From Neoechinorhynchus agilis (Eukaryota; Animalia; Acanthocephala), in the NCBI GenBank assembly GCA_051530055.1, contig CM121343.1:590389-654388 (forward strand): DNA of 64,000 nt, read 5' to 3'. Shown piece by piece: positions 59,723 to 64,000 of this stretch. The notes under the pieces were generated by a model. That model was given only the letters and a program-made list of their open reading frames with translations, was not told the DNA's origin and made no database searches. The first letter of the stretch is position 1; each line of letters opens with the position of its first letter. A program made the translations under genes and the position numbers.

Positions 59723-60886
59723 TCAGTGATCAATACTGGTATCTCCTTGACAGAATATGCTTTCCTCTTCACAGTTCGCGTCATCGTCATTTGGACCAGC
59801 AGCCGGATCAGGTATAAAGAGCACAAGTGATCGCTCAGTGGTTACTAGGGTCCCGTCCGAGGCTAAAGATGGCTCTCTGGATGAGTTTACAATCTCTATA
59901 TGCCCAGTGGTTCCCAACAGCCTTCGTACATAATTGATTAGACATTCAATGTGATGGATGCGTAGATGGGATTCGGCGATCGGATCGGTCGCATTTTTCC
60001 GTATGTGCGTTGATTCGATTCGGTTCAATAGGTGATAGAGGGCAGTTACAACATCAGGTTCAAAATGACCACTTATACTGTTCATTGTCAACTGTGAAAA
60101 AGAGCCTCAAAGCACACAAAAAGCCGAGAATGAACAGTTTAGATGAATGAGCTTTAACGCCAATAGGATCCATGCATCCAGATCTCTAGGGAAAGCCAAA
60201 GCACAATAGGAAGAAGAGAATCGTCTTTGTTGAGACCTAGCATGTCGCAGAAATCCCAATAAAAGCAATAAACGGTTCCTAATTGATCCTGTCGGTTGAA
60301 GGACAAACGGTTTTCGTTTTGCTACACTCAATGGAAGAGCGGCGGCGTTCGGGCACCTAGTCACAGCTTCGTCTTCGGCAAATTGATGATCCAATTGAAG
60401 GCACACAAACGCGGACATGGATGCATAATGAGCCGCGCTGCCACAATTCGACACATTCGGATATTCGACGTATCTGAGTGTAGTGCCAATCTCCCATGCA
60501 CTTTTCGAGAATCTATCGAGCCGCCCGGATAAAATCTCAACCGTAAAATAAAATATGGCTCGGGCGCATTCATTCTCGAGATATCTCTCTTCGCTGCATG
60601 GTATATCCAAATTACCTTCGCCGTATTTAAGAACAATATGGAGAAGAAGAAGAGCACGGTTATATGCAACCGCCTGATAATATTCAAGGCATCCCGAAAA
60701 GTAATGGCCAATCAAATCAGCCAATTCGTCAATTGGTTCACTTTCCATCATATCAGGAAAATCCTTGAGAGCCTTGCCGGTTGGCTGTTGCGTATTTTTA
60801 AGTGCTCCCGAAAATAATGAGTTCGGCAGAATGAAATCTTGATGATTTGCCGAATAAGTATCGACATCGTCCTCCGATTTCACCAT
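59723..60886 (-). CDS. Hypothetical helical protein, at least 2 exons (short GT-AG intron near 60140-60097)
   Basis: 259-aa and 122-aa ORFs joinable by a ~43-nt intron; family not recognised. Confidence 0.55.
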
Positions 60887-61189
60887 ATTTGATGTTTGAT
60901 TAACCTCCTCGTCTTTATATGCATCCGATGGGATTCAGGGGATCTCTCAAAACCTTTCGATAAATTACAGATTTCGTTCCAACCAGAATAATCAACAAAA
61001 ATTGTCATCAATAATCAGTGCAATAAAAGGGTACAAAGTATATCCATATATCCAAGAGACAGACGTTGCGAAATCAAGATTCAAACTTCTTTTAAGGCGC
61101 AAGAGGGCATTTAAAGTTGAACGAATCTTTCAAAGCAACTACAGCTAAAAAACTCCAATACGACCTAGTATTTTGTCGCCAATGAGAGG

Positions 61190-64000
61190 CTGAGACTTTT
61201 CTAATCATTAATCTGACCAACAAGGGGAAATCTTGTAAGAATCGCTTTTTTCGACGATTTTTAATTATTCGCGATTTTCCTATACAAAATTTTATTTAAA
61301 CCCCGAAACTTTTTTAATCATTAATCTGAACTACAATGGGAAATCTTATAAGAACCGCCTTTTTCGGCGAGTTTTAAGAATTCACGATTTTGTTATACAA
61401 AATTTTATTTAAACCCCGAAACTTTTTTAATCATCAATCTGAATTACAAGGGAAAATCTTATAAGAATCGCTTTTTTCGACGATTTTTAAGTATTCACGA
61501 TTTTGTTATACAAAATTTTATTTAAACCCCGAAACTTTTTTAATCATCAATATGAACTACAGAGGGAAATCTTATAAGAACCGCCTTTTTCGGCGAGTTT
61601 TAAGAATTCACGATTTTGTTATACAAAATTTTATTTAAACCCCAAGACTTTCCTAATTATTAATCTGAATTACAATGGGAAATCTTATAAGAACCGCCTT
61701 TTTCGGCGAATTTTAAATATTCACGATTTTGTTATAATTTTTTTATTTAAACCCTGAGACTTTTCTAATCATTAATCTGACCAACAAGGGGAAATCTTAT
61801 AAGAATCGCTTTTTTCGACGATTTTTAATTATTCGCGATTTTCCTATACAAAATTTTATTTAAACCCCGAAACTTTTTTAATCATTAATCTGAACTACAA
61901 TGGGAAATCTTATAAGAACCGCCTTTTTCGGCGAGTTTTAAGAATTCACGATTTTGTTATACAAAATTTTATTTAAACCCCGAAACTTTTTTAATCATCA
62001 ATCTGAATTACAAGGGAAAATCTTATAAGAATCGCTTTTTTCGACGATTTTTAAGTATTCACGATTTTGTTATACAAAATTTTATTTAAACCCCGAAACT
62101 TTTTTAATCATCAATATGAACTACAGGGGGAAATCTTATAAGAACCGCCTTTTTCGGCGAGTTTTAAGAATTCACGATTTTGTTATACAAAATTTTATTT
62201 AAACCCCAAGACTTTCCTAATTATTAATCTGAATTACAATGGGAAATCTTATAAGAACCGCCTTTTTCGGCGAATTTTAAATATTCACGATTTTGTTATA
62301 ATTTTTTTATTTAAACCCTGAGACTTTTCTAATCATTAATCTGACCAACAAGGGGAAATCTTATAAGAATCGTTTTTTTCGACGATTTTTAATTATTCGC
62401 GATTTTCCTATACAAAATTTTATTTAAACCCCGAAACTTTTTTAATCATTAATCTGAACTACAATGGGAAATCTTATAAGAACCGCCTTTTTCGGCGAGT
62501 TTTAAGAATTCACGATTTTGTTATACAAAATTTTATTTAAACCCCGAAACTTTTTTAATCATCAATCTGAATTACAAGGGAAAATCTTATAAGAATCGCT
62601 TTTTTCGACGATTTTTAAGTATTCACGATTTTGTTATACAAAATTTTATTTAAACCCCGAAACTTTTTTAATCATCAATATGAACTACAGGGGGAAATCT
62701 TATAAGAACCGCCTTTTTCGGCGAGTTTTAAGAATTCACGATTTTGTTATACAAAATTTTATTTAAACCCCAAGACTTTCCTAATTATTAATCTGAATTA
62801 CAATGGGAAATCTTATAAGAACCGCCTTTTTCGGCGAATTTTAAATATTCACGATTTTGTTATAATTTTTTTATTTAAACCCTGAGACTTTTCTAATCAT
62901 TAATCTGACCAACAAGGGGAAATCTTATAAGAATCGTTTTTTTCGACGATTTTTAATTATTCGCGATTTTCCTATACAAAATTTTATTTAAACCCCGAAA
63001 CTTTTTTAATCATTAATCTGAACTACAATGGGAAATCTTATAAGAAACGCCTTTTTCGGCGAGTTTTAAGAATTCACGATTTTGTTATACAAAATTTTAT
63101 TTAAACCCATAAACTTTTTTAATCATCAATCTGAATTACAAGGGGAAATCTTATAAGAATCGCTTTTTTCGGCGATTTTTAAGTATTCGCGATTTTGTTG
63201 TACAAAATTTTGTTTAAACTCCGAAACTTTTTTAATCATCAATCTGAACTACAAGGGGAAATCTTATAAGAACCGCCTTTTTCGGCGAGTTTTAAGAATT
63301 CACGATTTTGTTATACAAAATTTTATTTAAACCCATAGACTTTTCTAATCATTAATCTGAATTACAAGGGGAAATCTTATAAGAATCGCTTTTTTGAAAA
63401 TTCTTAAGTATTCACGATTTTGTTGGGCAAAATTTTATTTAAACCCTGAGACTTTTCTAATAATTAATCTGAACTGCAAGGGGAAATCTTTCGGCGAGTT
63501 TTAAGTATTCACGATTTTGTTACGCAAAATATTATTTAAACCCTCAGACTTTTCCAATCATTAATTTGAATTACAAGGGGAAATCTTATATGAATCGCTT
63601 TTTTCGACGATTTTTAAGTATTCGCGATTTTGTTATACAAAATTTTATTTAAACCCCGAAACTTTTTTAATCATCAATCTGAATTACAAGGGGAAATCTT
63701 ATAAGAATCGCTTTTTTCGGCGAGTTTTAAGTATTCACGATTTTGTTATACAAAATTTTATTTAAACCCATAAACTTTTCTAATCATTAATCTGAATTAC
63801 AAGGGAAATCTTATAAGAATCGCTTTTTCGACGATTTTTAAGTATTCACGATTTTGTTGTACAAAATTTTATTTAAACCCCGAGACTTCTAATCATCAAT
63901 CTGAACTACAAGGGGAAATCTTCTAAGAAGCGCTTTTTCGACGATTTTTAAGTATTCACGATTTTGTTATACAAATTTTTTTTAACCCCGAAACTTTTTT
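61190..64000. repeat. 113-bp satellite with a 5-mer (564-bp) higher-order repeat, running off the window
   Basis: Monomer starts at 61213, 61326, 61439, 61552, 61665 and 61777; the CTGACCAAC variant recurs at 61213, 61777, 62341 and 62905. Confidence 0.97.

Overview
Eukaryotic (invertebrate animal) genomic DNA with short introns (mostly 38-60 nt), AT-rich spacers and many repeats. Recognisable genes: SENP8/NEDP1-like protease (interrupted), LIM-domain fragment, arrestin-domain protein, septin, a fibrillar collagen (18 introns, one GC-AG), PP2A B55 regulatory subunit, C2orf76-like protein, tetraspanin, Tctex1-domain protein, GRIP-like multi-PDZ protein and two orphan ORFs. The rest is decayed retroelements (CRE-like, Penelope-like, LINE, Ty3/Gypsy, pogo-like) and at least six tandem arrays (222, 43/72, 198, 170, 242 and 113/564 bp). 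The window is rich in hammerhead-ribozyme motifs. The main observation is a ~385-bp tRNA-headed tandem repeat family (best copies 43464-43530 and 43848-43913, minus strand). It carries all hammerhead core nucleotides and all three stems, but the strands are in a reversed, non-nested order (II-GAAA-III, then I-CUGAUGA-II, then III-AUC-I). That implies a pseudoknotted or dimer-dependent hammerhead. All analysis was by eye; no folding software or database search was run, and repeat boundaries are approximate.
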